32,000 nucleotides of DNA, from positions 1-32,000 of the forward strand of contig DHMD01000015.1 in the NCBI GenBank assembly GCA_002405615.1, read 5' to 3'. The notes under the pieces are model-generated. The model ran no database searches. It saw only the letters and a program-made list of their open reading frames with translations, and had not been told where the DNA came from. A program made the translations under genes and the position numbers. The stretch is from Christensenella sp. UBA4651. GTDB lineage: Bacteria > Bacillota > Clostridia > Christensenellales > UBA1242. This document shows positions 8,184-15,670 of this stretch, in pieces. Every line of letters begins with the position of its first letter. Positions within the stretch are counted from its first letter, which is position 1.

Positions 8184-8531
8184 ATGGCTAAGGGAAAAGC
8201 GCCGTTCAAAATGCTTATATGCATTATTGATAAGACAAAAGCGGATTTGGCATTACAAATTTTGAAAAACGCACACGAAAATATTGGTATTAGTAACATT
8301 GTGCTAGGCGTTTCAAAATTAGGGACTATGGATATTATGGGGCTGGCAAGGAAGGAGCGGACGATGATTACATCGCTGGTGAGGGCAAATAATGCGACTC
8401 GTACGATTCAGGCGCTTGATTTGCTCCTATGCCCTGATGATGAGGACAGTTACGGCTTGGCGTTTACCGTGCCTATGAATAGTGCAAGTCGTGATACAAT
8501 AAATTATTTTACGCCCAAAAAGGAGAATTAA
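8184..8531 (+). CDS. Divergent PII-like (GlnB-fold) small protein
   Basis: 115 aa. The N-terminal KMLICIIDKTKADLALQILK pattern and the size fit a PII-like ferredoxin fold. It is tightly linked to the DUF1538 gene and a second PII-like gene. The assignment rests on pattern and context only. Confidence 0.45.
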   Translation: MAKGKAPFKMLICIIDKTKADLALQILKNAHENIGISNIVLGVSKLGTMDIMGLARKERTMITSLVRANNATRTIQALDLLLCPDDEDSYGLAFTVPMNSASRDTINYFTPKKEN

Positions 8532-8533
8532 TT

Positions 8534-9049
8534 ATGTTTTTGAAGCAAGATATGAATGTAATTATTACTGTGGTTACGAGAGGATTTGCGGATAAGGTTA
8601 TGGAGGCTGCAAAGAGTGCTGGTGCGGAGGGGGCGACCATCTTTAACGCACGAGGAAATGGTATTCACGAATCGGACACAATTTTGGGTGTAAGTATTCA
8701 GCCCGAGAAAGAAGTTGTGATGATTGTGGTGCGGAAGAATATTCGCAAAAAAGTTATGCGTGCTATTTGTGTGGACTGCGGTATGAATGAGGAGGGTCGT
8801 GGCTTGTGTTTTAGTCTGCCAATTGAGGAAATCGGTGGTGTAAATCATTGGATGGAATTGGCTGGTAGCAAGAAAAAAGTTGTCGCAAAACCTGCCTCAA
8901 AAAGTACTGCAACCGCAAAGCAGAATGATGGGGTTAAAGCTGCTAATCAAGACGAAAAAGTAGCGGAAAAATCGGAAGCAAAAAATTTGGAAGAAAATAC
9001 GAGAAAAATAGAAAAAAATTCAGAAGAAAAGACTGAAAATAAAAGTTAG
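8534..9049 (+). CDS. PII-family protein with a K/E-rich low-complexity C-terminal extension
   Basis: NVIITVVTRGFADKVMEAAKSAGAEGATIFNARGNG...EKEVVMIVVRKNIRKKVMRAI...GRGLCFSLPIEEIGG follows the GlnB/PII beta-alpha-beta pattern. The last ~65 aa are a lysine/glutamate-rich tail. AAGGAG Shine-Dalgarno lies upstream. Confidence 0.6.
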   Translation: MFLKQDMNVIITVVTRGFADKVMEAAKSAGAEGATIFNARGNGIHESDTILGVSIQPEKEVVMIVVRKNIRKKVMRAICVDCGMNEEGRGLCFSLPIEEIGGVNHWMELAGSKKKVVAKPASKSTATAKQNDGVKAANQDEKVAEKSEAKNLEENTRKIEKNSEEKTENKS

Positions 9050-9140
9050 GAAAAAGTTTCTGACGAAGAAAAGTAGATTTTTTGATTTGTTTTGGGTTTC
9101 AAAAAGTGTTAGGAGAGTAAAATTATTTGCTTTTCTTTTT

Positions 9141-9292
9141 TTATCCCAAATTGTGGAAAAGTGCTGTTTTTTATGGTTAAGTAGATGTTTTTTGGGCACA
9201 AAGTTTACAAAAAATGTGGGTTAAATGCAGATTTGTGCGGTTTTGACTGTGGATAACTCGCAAAAAATAAATTAAAAATTTTTGAAAAAAGA
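9141..9292. promoter_or_regulatory. DnaA-box cluster plus AT-rich tract upstream of dnaA (dnaA autoregulatory region and/or part of an oriC)
   Basis: A perfect box TGTGGATAA (reverse complement of TTATCCACA) lies at 9248-9256. Degenerate boxes are TTATCCCAA (9141-9149, 2 mismatches), TGTGGAAAA (9152-9160, 1 mismatch) and TGTGGGTTA (9215-9223, 2 mismatches). An AT-rich run CAAAAAATAAATTAAAAATTTTTGAAAAAA lies at 9261-9290. Confidence 0.55.
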
Positions 9293-9392
9293 GTGTCCTC
9301 TTACTTTACTTTTTGCGTTTTGTGTGCTAGACTTGTCTTATCGTAAAAAAGAGAGATTTTACAGAAGATGAATCCGATAAAAGGGGGAAATT

Positions 9393-10769
9393 ATGCAGGA
9401 ATATATTGACAAACAATGGGCGAAATGCCTAGATGATTTTCCCAAAAAAATCAGTTCTTATGCGATGGATTTGTGGATAAACACCTTGCAACCTATCAAC
9501 ATAGAAAATAATACTCTCGTGCTGGTTGCTCCAACCGATATGTGCCGGCAGCAAATTTATAATATTTATCTCAAAAGAATGCAAGAGGTTTTGCGTGAGC
9601 ATTTTAATCTCGAAAATGTGCATGTGCTTTTGCCTGAGGAAAGGGATGAGTATGTTGAGGCGTTTAATTTGAGTCATCCGAGCGCTGATTCGGTTTTGGA
9701 GAATAAAGCGACAACTACTCAAAATCCTTTTAACCCGAGGTACACTTTTGACAACTTTGTGGTTGGTACAACCAATCAGGTTATATATGCGGCTGCGAGG
9801 GCAGTAGCCGAGTCGCCTGCGGTTAGGTTCAACCCGCTGTTTATATATGGTGCGTCAGGTTTGGGCAAGACTCACTTGCTCCACGCAATCGGTAATTACA
9901 TTTGGGCGCACAAGACGAGTAATCTCAATATTGTGTATGTAACTTGCGAGCAATTTACTAATGCATTTTTGGAGGCGTTGCGTGTCAGCCGTGAGAAAGG
10001 TATGGACTCGTTCCACCGTAGATATAGGCAGGCTGATGTGTTGCTAATTGATGATATTCAGTTTATTAGTAGCAAAAAAGGTGTGCAAGAGGAGTTTTTT
10101 AATACTTTTAATGACCTTTACCAAGCGGGCAAGCAGATTATTATCAGTAGCGACCGACCTCCGAGAGATATTGAAACGCTAGAAGAAAGGCTGCGTTCTC
10201 GTTTCGCTGGGGGCTTTATGCAGGATATTCAGCCGCCTGATTTTGAGACAAGGCTACTCATTATTCAGAAGAAAATTGAGTTGGAGCGGTTTGAGTTTGA
10301 AAAGGGGCTAGATTACGAATTGGCAGAGCGTTTGTCTAACCTAAATATTCGTGAAATGGAAGCGATTTTGCGGAAAATATACTTCTTGGCTAATTTCCAT
10401 GGGAAAGTGGTCGCAACAAAGGCGGATATGGAGGAAGTGCTGCAAAAAGAGGGGACTACTCACGAGCCAACTTTGGATTCGAAACTCACGCCAGACCGTA
10501 TCCTCAATACTGTGTGCAAGTATTTTACCATTGACGAAAAAGATTTGACAGGGCGTAAACGCAACAAGGAGATTGTTGAGCCAAGGCAGATTTGCATTTA
10601 TCTAATGTGGTCGCAACTTGCGATACCGCTAACCACGATTGGGCAGATATTTGGCAGAGACCACACTACAATTATTCACGCTCGTGATAAAATTATGGAG
10701 CAGGTCAAGAGTAGCGGGCAAATGAAGAAAATTCTCAACGATATAAATAATTTGCTGAAAGATTACTGA
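9393..10769 (+). CDS. dnaA: Chromosomal replication initiator protein DnaA
   Basis: AAA+ Walker A GASGLGKTHLLHAIGN, Walker B LLIDDIQFI, sensor and arginine regions, and the C-terminal DNA-binding signature FGRDHTTIIHARDKI are present. Shine-Dalgarno is AAGGGGGA at 9381-9388. Confidence 0.97.
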   Translation: MQEYIDKQWAKCLDDFPKKISSYAMDLWINTLQPINIENNTLVLVAPTDMCRQQIYNIYLKRMQEVLREHFNLENVHVLLPEERDEYVEAFNLSHPSADSVLENKATTTQNPFNPRYTFDNFVVGTTNQVIYAAARAVAESPAVRFNPLFIYGASGLGKTHLLHAIGNYIWAHKTSNLNIVYVTCEQFTNAFLEALRVSREKGMDSFHRRYRQADVLLIDDIQFISSKKGVQEEFFNTFNDLYQAGKQIIISSDRPPRDIETLEERLRSRFAGGFMQDIQPPDFETRLLIIQKKIELERFEFEKGLDYELAERLSNLNIREMEAILRKIYFLANFHGKVVATKADMEEVLQKEGTTHEPTLDSKLTPDRILNTVCKYFTIDEKDLTGRKRNKEIVEPRQICIYLMWSQLAIPLTTIGQIFGRDHTTIIHARDKIMEQVKSSGQMKKILNDINNLLKDY

Positions 10770-10905
10770 TTTTTGGAACGGAGGCAAAATAACAAAACCG
10801 TCCTTATTTTGAGTTGATTTCAAAGTGGGGCGTTTTTTTGTTTCGGTTAGACTTTGTGTGGGATAGGATATGACATAAAAATTTATAAAATGCGGTGAAA
10901 TCCTC

Positions 10906-10935
10906 TTGACAAAATCGATTAACTTATATTATAAT
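10906..10935 (+). promoter_or_regulatory. Sigma-A type promoter upstream of tRNA-Gly (TTGACA-N18-TATAAT)
   Basis: TTGACA at 10906-10911 and TATAAT at 10930-10935. Confidence 0.55.
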
Positions 10936-10936
10936 T

Positions 10937-10992
10937 GTTTTGATATTTGGCGGCAACTCTCGTCAAATATCAAAACTTTTTTGCTCTTTTTT
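10937..10992 (+). terminator. 13-bp perfect inverted repeat followed by a T-run (terminator-like hairpin, or an operator) between the promoter and tRNA-Gly
   Basis: GTTTTGATATTTG (10937-10949) pairs with CAAATATCAAAAC (10964-10976), with a 14-nt loop, followed by TTTTTTGCTCTTTTTT. The left arm starts 2 nt after the -10 hexamer. Confidence 0.5.
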
Positions 10993-11010
10993 GGGGGGTA
11001 ACCCCTTTGT

Positions 11011-11084
11011 GCGGGAGTAGCTTAGTGGTAAAGCTCCAGCCTTCCAAGCTGGCCATGAGGGTTCGATTCCCTTCTCTCGCTCCA
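11011..11084 (+). tRNA. tRNA-Gly (anticodon UCC), CCA encoded
   Basis: Hand-folded cloverleaf. The acceptor GCGGGAG pairs with CTCTCGC (one G-U). D-arm is GCTT/AAGC. The anticodon stem CCAGC/GCTGG has loop CTTCCAA. The T-arm is GAGGG-TTCGATT-CCCTT. Discriminator is T, followed by CCA. Confidence 0.92.
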
Positions 11085-11092
11085 ACAAAAAG

Positions 11093-11136
11093 ACACCTCG
11101 ATATGAAAATTCAGGATACGAGGTGTTTTTGCTTTT
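11093..11136. terminator. Bidirectional intrinsic terminator between tRNA-Gly and the convergent restriction gene
   Basis: ACACCTCG (11093-11100) pairs with CGAGGTGT (11119-11126). It is flanked by an A-run upstream and TTTTTGCTTTTTT downstream. Confidence 0.75.
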
Positions 11137-12297
11137 TTATAAGTCAAGTAACTTTTGAATAAATATATCCGCTGTTTCTTTATCAATTTCGATATTTGGG
11201 TTTTCTAGTAATTCGTCAATTTCTTTTCCTATAAATTGGGTTACTCCTTTTGAATTTCTGCCCGCCCAGTGATGAACAATAAGGGTGTTATTTAACAGGT
11301 CTTTACAAAAAACTGGGCAAAGAAGTGTTTTGATATTCTTGTTTTTATCAATGCCAATAAAATATAGTAAATAAACGGAGTTCTTTTTACTTAAAAATTT
11401 CAGTAGTTTATCAATATTGTAAGCTTTCGGGTTAGAATTTAGGAATAATATTTTTGTCTTTATATCGGTTTTCGTTTCGAAAACATTAAAATTTTGATTA
11501 TAATCTCCTAAATCGTTGTGGTTTTTTATGTCGGGCAGTGTTGTGCCATTTAGTAATGCTGTAATCAAAGTATTTTTATAATTACTATCATCATTAGTTA
11601 TAAGGCTTTCTATTAAATTCCCTCTTATGTTTACATTTTCTATGAAAGCGGTAATACAAATTTCATTTTTAACAGCTTGAACTCTATTGAAAAGTTCTTG
11701 ATTAAGTAGTGTGAAATAAGGGGAATTTACAAAACTTTTGCATCGTTGGATTGAATTGAATAAGTTTGTTCGTTCTTCTCCATTTGGCACAAATTTTTTG
11801 CCTATAGGGGATATTTGGTTTGTTGATTCTACTAGACGAGCCAGATTTTCTTCAAATGTATAACAACTATGGATTGCAAACAGTTTTTCAAAATTTTCGG
11901 GTGAATTGTCAAGGTCTTCTATTTTTTTGATAATATCAGAACCATTGAAACTACCTCTGATATTGTCCAACCTTAATTCTTGTGAAGAATGGCTGATTCG
12001 TTTTAGAAATGTTGTATTTGACAAAAATAAAGTATTTTTTTGAGGTAATACTACACAAACTATAAATGGGATTTTATCATATTTTTGCAGGGCTGACAAT
12101 GAAAGGACTGTATTCGCAAAATTTGGAGAACTCGCTTTACAAAATCTGATTGCGAAATTTTCACAATAGAAAACCTTTCTATCTTGAATTAAGTTGAATT
12201 CTGCTCTGATTTTTTGTGATAATGTTGTTTTATCGTTTAGTTTAGCGTTATTGTTAATAAAGGTTACTAATGAGTTAATTATTGAAAAATCTACCAT
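11137..12297 (-). CDS. Putative type II restriction endonuclease (partner of the adjacent methyltransferase)
   Basis: 386 aa with no recognisable family by eye. It lies 12 nt downstream of a DNA methyltransferase in the same very AT-rich block. A possible PD-(D/E)xK-like element is present (HNDLGDYNQNFNVFETKTDIK). The call is by context. Confidence 0.5.
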   Translation of the reverse strand: MVDFSIINSLVTFINNNAKLNDKTTLSQKIRAEFNLIQDRKVFYCENFAIRFCKASSPNFANTVLSLSALQKYDKIPFIVCVVLPQKNTLFLSNTTFLKRISHSSQELRLDNIRGSFNGSDIIKKIEDLDNSPENFEKLFAIHSCYTFEENLARLVESTNQISPIGKKFVPNGEERTNLFNSIQRCKSFVNSPYFTLLNQELFNRVQAVKNEICITAFIENVNIRGNLIESLITNDDSNYKNTLITALLNGTTLPDIKNHNDLGDYNQNFNVFETKTDIKTKILFLNSNPKAYNIDKLLKFLSKKNSVYLLYFIGIDKNKNIKTLLCPVFCKDLLNNTLIVHHWAGRNSKGVTQFIGKEIDELLENPNIEIDKETADIFIQKLLDL

Positions 12298-12309
12298 AAT
12301 TTATTTTCT

Positions 12310-13254
12310 TTAGTTTTTCCTTTTGACTTTATTTTGTTCTGATAAGGTATTTCTTTCCCAAAATACTCCGTCTGTATATCCTTGGATACTTTTGTCTTTT
12401 TCAGCAATAGATAAACGGTATTCTGCCCAAGAGCAGTACAAAGGATTTTGTTCTATACCTATGTAATGACGACCGAGTTTTTTTGCAACTACGGATGTTG
12501 TTCCAGAACCCAAAAATGGATCAAAAACGACATCACCAGGGTTGCTGCTGGCTAAGATTAATTTTGCTAATAATTTTTCTGGTTTTTGGGTTGGGTGTGC
12601 CGTATTTTCGGGCATTGACCAGTATGGTATAGATATGTCGTCCCAAAAATTTGAAGGGTAGGTATTTCTATAACGCCCATCTGATGTTTCTTCCCAATCT
12701 TTGGGTTTGCCTTGTTGTTTGTATGGGGCTATTACTTTTCTCCTAGACATAACATCTTTTACGTTAAAAGTATAATTTTTTGATACAGTTGCAAACCAAA
12801 TATCTTCCATACCATTTTTCCAATTCGTTTGAGCCCCGCGTCCTTTTTCCCTTTGCCATGTAATTCTATTGACTATATTAAAATATTGATTTAAAACGTT
12901 GCCTATAAGTAGGCTAGATTGCCAATCACAGCAAACATAGATAGTTGCGGTTGGTTTTAGTAGGGGTAGTACTAATTTAATCCAGTTTTCAGTATATTTT
13001 ACATAATCAGTTTCGTTCAATTTTGAAAATTTCATACCGTGAAAATTTTTATCAAGATTATAACAAGGGTCTGCGATAAGTAAGTCAACGCTTTGAGGAG
13101 GAATGTATTTCATTATTTCGAGAGAATTGCCTACTATTGTTTTATCCAATATGTTATTAATTTCTGTTGGCGACTCGATTTTGACGCATTTTGATAAATA
13201 TTCAGAACCTTGTTCTATTCCAAAATCAATTGTTTTGTTTTTTGGGGATTTCAT
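12310..13254 (-). CDS. Beta-class N6-adenine/N4-cytosine DNA methyltransferase
   Basis: Motif IV precedes motif I. Motif IV is LLIADPCYNL, a DPPY variant. The AdoMet motif I is VVFDPFLGSGTTSVVAKKLGRHYIGIE. The track ORF starts at GTG 13266, but GGAGG at 13259-13263 (minus strand) followed by ATG 13254 (MKSPKNK) is the better start. Confidence 0.85.
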   Translation of the reverse strand: MKSPKNKTIDFGIEQGSEYLSKCVKIESPTEINNILDKTIVGNSLEIMKYIPPQSVDLLIADPCYNLDKNFHGMKFSKLNETDYVKYTENWIKLVLPLLKPTATIYVCCDWQSSLLIGNVLNQYFNIVNRITWQREKGRGAQTNWKNGMEDIWFATVSKNYTFNVKDVMSRRKVIAPYKQQGKPKDWEETSDGRYRNTYPSNFWDDISIPYWSMPENTAHPTQKPEKLLAKLILASSNPGDVVFDPFLGSGTTSVVAKKLGRHYIGIEQNPLYCSWAEYRLSIAEKDKSIQGYTDGVFWERNTLSEQNKVKRKN

Positions 13255-13280
13255 TTGTGCCTCCACTAGTTTATTAATTC

Positions 13281-13309
13281 ATTGTATCATAATATTTGAT
13301 TTTTTTCAA
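13281..13309 (-). promoter_or_regulatory. Sigma-A type promoter of the M-R operon (TTGAAA-N17-TACAAT on the minus strand)
   Basis: Reverse-complement reading gives TTGAAA (13309-13304), a 17-nt spacer and TACAAT (13286-13281). Confidence 0.55.
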
Positions 13310-13343
13310 GTTGAATAGAGATTGTAGTTTAATTTTGAGTTAA

Positions 13344-14396
13344 TCACTCAAAAAACTGGGAGTTAAAGAGGATTTCGGGGGCGGTGGGGTGAATGGCTTT
13401 CGCTAGATTGTGGTAGGTTTTTGCGAGGGAGAGGTTGTTGAGGTAGTAGTAGCAGATACTCAAATCCACATAAGGGCGGTAGTTGTGGAAGTCTGGTTCT
13501 ATCCAGCCGCTCGTTTCGCTGGGAAGAGTGAGGGCGATTTTGAGCCAGTCGGCGGCAGTGGAATAGCGTTTATCCTGAATTAGCAGCTCGGCGAGGAGGC
13601 AGATAGTTTTTGCTCTCGGTGCGGCGTAGTCGAAACTTTGGATAAGGGATAACCTTGCCTTTTCGTAATTGTGGAGATTGATGTAGCAGTTGGATTTGAT
13701 AATGCAAGCGTCAATTTTGTTCTCTACCCAGCCGCCATTTTCGGTTAAAAATTCGTCCAAGGTGCGGATTGATTTGTGATAATTATTGTTGTAGTACAAT
13801 TCTCTTGCGTAATAATACTTTGCTCGTGGGGACAAAGTTTTGCCCGATTTAAGCAAATTTTTGTAGATGTTTAGATTGCGCTTTTGGGGCGTTGGGCGAA
13901 CTTTTTTATGCTGAATTTCTATGTCGCTATGGATAATTTTGCCTCGTGGAGAAATTGCTTCGTGTACGGGTTCGCACCAAGCGAAGCCACAAACTCTGCG
14001 CAAAATCCTTTCTCGATAGTAATAAAACTCGTTTGGCGGTGGTGAAACAATATATTTTGCCATAATGCAATCGGGTGGAGAATTGGTATCAATATCCTGC
14101 TTTAATTGATTGATTTTTTCGCAATTTTGCGGGTCAATATAGTCGTCTGCGTCCAGCCACATAATGTAATCGCAGGTGCTAAAAGAGAAACTATAATTGC
14201 GTGCCGCACTAAAATCGTTACACCATTTGTAGTTAAAGACTTTGTCGGTATATTGGGTGGCAATGGAGCGGGTTTTGTCCCGACTGCCAGTATCCACAAT
14301 TATGATTTCGTCTGCGAATTTTTGGACGCAGTCTAGGCAACGGGCGAGGACGGCGGCCTCATTTTTTACAATCATACATACACTTAGGCTAATCAT
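13344..14396 (-). CDS. Family 2 (GT-A) glycosyltransferase with a C-terminal TPR-like helical domain
   Basis: The N-terminus LSVCMIVKNEAAVLARCLDCV...EIIIVDTGSRDKT...DFSAARNYS...WLDADD carries the GT2 DxD and nucleotide-binding pattern. The C-terminal half is helical-repeat rich (YYYARELYYNNNYHKSI..., CYINLHNYEKARLSL...). Confidence 0.8.
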   Translation of the reverse strand: MISLSVCMIVKNEAAVLARCLDCVQKFADEIIIVDTGSRDKTRSIATQYTDKVFNYKWCNDFSAARNYSFSFSTCDYIMWLDADDYIDPQNCEKINQLKQDIDTNSPPDCIMAKYIVSPPPNEFYYYRERILRRVCGFAWCEPVHEAISPRGKIIHSDIEIQHKKVRPTPQKRNLNIYKNLLKSGKTLSPRAKYYYARELYYNNNYHKSIRTLDEFLTENGGWVENKIDACIIKSNCYINLHNYEKARLSLIQSFDYAAPRAKTICLLAELLIQDKRYSTAADWLKIALTLPSETSGWIEPDFHNYRPYVDLSICYYYLNNLSLAKTYHNLAKAIHPTAPEILFNSQFFE

Positions 14397-14422
14397 ATTA
14401 ATTTTATATGAAAGCCGCAGGT

Positions 14423-15412
14423 TTATTGTTCGGGTTTGTCTGTTTCGGGTTCTTTTTTGGTTGCTTTTTGAGGTAAATCTTGGCTCAAAGCGCTAGCGGT
14501 AGTTTCTACTACTGTATTGCTTTCGTCCGTATTAGAGGCGTTTTCAGTAGCGTTTTTCTTCTTGTTTTTGATACACAGAACGATTGTCAAGATTGCGCCG
14601 AAAAGAACAGTTAAGATGATTGCTGTTACATACCACGCAATGCGGTTGTTAGACAAAACATAATTGCGGTAAACTAGAATTTGTGCGGGAGGATTAGCAA
14701 AAGTTCCGCTCCAAAAATGTGCTGAATAGGCAGTGGTTGAATTTGTACCTACGCCCTCGGGAAGCATAATTGTACCAGTTTCGTTAGCGTTTGAGCGGTA
14801 GCCGTTTGATAGTGGGAAGCACTTGATAATATTGAGTTGGATTTTGTCTAGCAGCTGGTCGCAAAGGGTAGCGTTGCCGCCGCAAATGTTAATCCTAAAA
14901 TCCTCGTAAATGGTAGCATATGGGATATAGATACCCAGAGCTTGGGTAGACAATTTGCCGCTGGAATCAAGGAGCGAAGTGTCTTGGACAATGTATCTTG
15001 ATACAAAAAGCCCGTAAACTATTTCTGGTTTGGTGTTGTCTAAGTCTTCTTGGGTAATGCCGTAAAAATTGCAATACGCCTCAAAAGTGGCGAATGAAAC
15101 AGCAAAATTATATGTGTAGGTGCTGCTTGGGTCATAGCCATGCTGGATTTTGACACCAGTCAAATCGAGCCCGTGAGTCCGCATAAAACTCTCTTGTTCT
15201 GCGGCGTAAGTCTGTATTTTCTGCATAATTTGGGTAGGGTTTAGCCCCAAATTCGTGCAGGCGGTGCTATCGACCTTGATTTGATATTCAGTGCTGCGAG
15301 AGCCGTCCTTATAATAAATTGAGTATTGCGTGGCACTGCTGCACCCAGCAAAAAGGAAAATTGAGCAAATGAGCATACAAAAGCAGCAGCCGATAGTCCT
15401 GAGTTTATTCAA
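14423..15412 (-). CDS. Lipoprotein with an additional C-terminal transmembrane anchor and charged tail
   Basis: TTG start at 15412, 8 nt after AGGAGA. The signal peptide ends in the lipobox LFAGC. A C-terminal hydrophobic helix IAWYVTAIILTVLFGAILTIVLCI is followed by a KNKKKN... tail. It lies 26 nt upstream of the GT2 gene on the same strand. Confidence 0.7.
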   Translation of the reverse strand: MNKLRTIGCCFCMLICSIFLFAGCSSATQYSIYYKDGSRSTEYQIKVDSTACTNLGLNPTQIMQKIQTYAAEQESFMRTHGLDLTGVKIQHGYDPSSTYTYNFAVSFATFEAYCNFYGITQEDLDNTKPEIVYGLFVSRYIVQDTSLLDSSGKLSTQALGIYIPYATIYEDFRINICGGNATLCDQLLDKIQLNIIKCFPLSNGYRSNANETGTIMLPEGVGTNSTTAYSAHFWSGTFANPPAQILVYRNYVLSNNRIAWYVTAIILTVLFGAILTIVLCIKNKKKNATENASNTDESNTVVETTASALSQDLPQKATKKEPETDKPEQ

Positions 15413-15569
15413 TGTAGTTATCTCCTAGAAATATTATTAACAATATATTACCAAGAATACGCAAAAAAATCAAATATTTTGCTCAACCTTTTTGTGTAGT
15501 ATAGTCTATAAAGTAAGATATGTTTATGTAGAGAATTTGTAAAATATTAAAAAATGGGGGCAAATTTAT

Positions 15570-15599
15570 TTGACACTTATGCGTTTTATTTTGTATAAT
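15570..15599 (+). promoter_or_regulatory. Sigma-A type promoter (TTGACA-N18-TATAAT, TG-extended)
   Basis: TTGACA at 15570-15575 and TGTATAAT ending at 15599. Confidence 0.6.
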
Positions 15600-15670
15600 T
15601 AGACAAAATTATAGTATATTCTTGGTTTTTGGGCAAAAAATACTATTGACTATAATAATAGGAGGGGGAA

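Noticed and set aside
10947-11162. A 71-aa ORF spanning the tRNA-Gly region.
   Set aside because: It overlaps a cleanly folding tRNA and its terminator and has no Shine-Dalgarno. It is a by-product of the tRNA sequence.
13261-13343. att-like direct repeats of the tRNA-Gly 3' end at the far border of the R-M island.
   Set aside because: Only a 5-nt match (CTCCA) was found, and there is no integrase. This is insufficient to call an integrative element.
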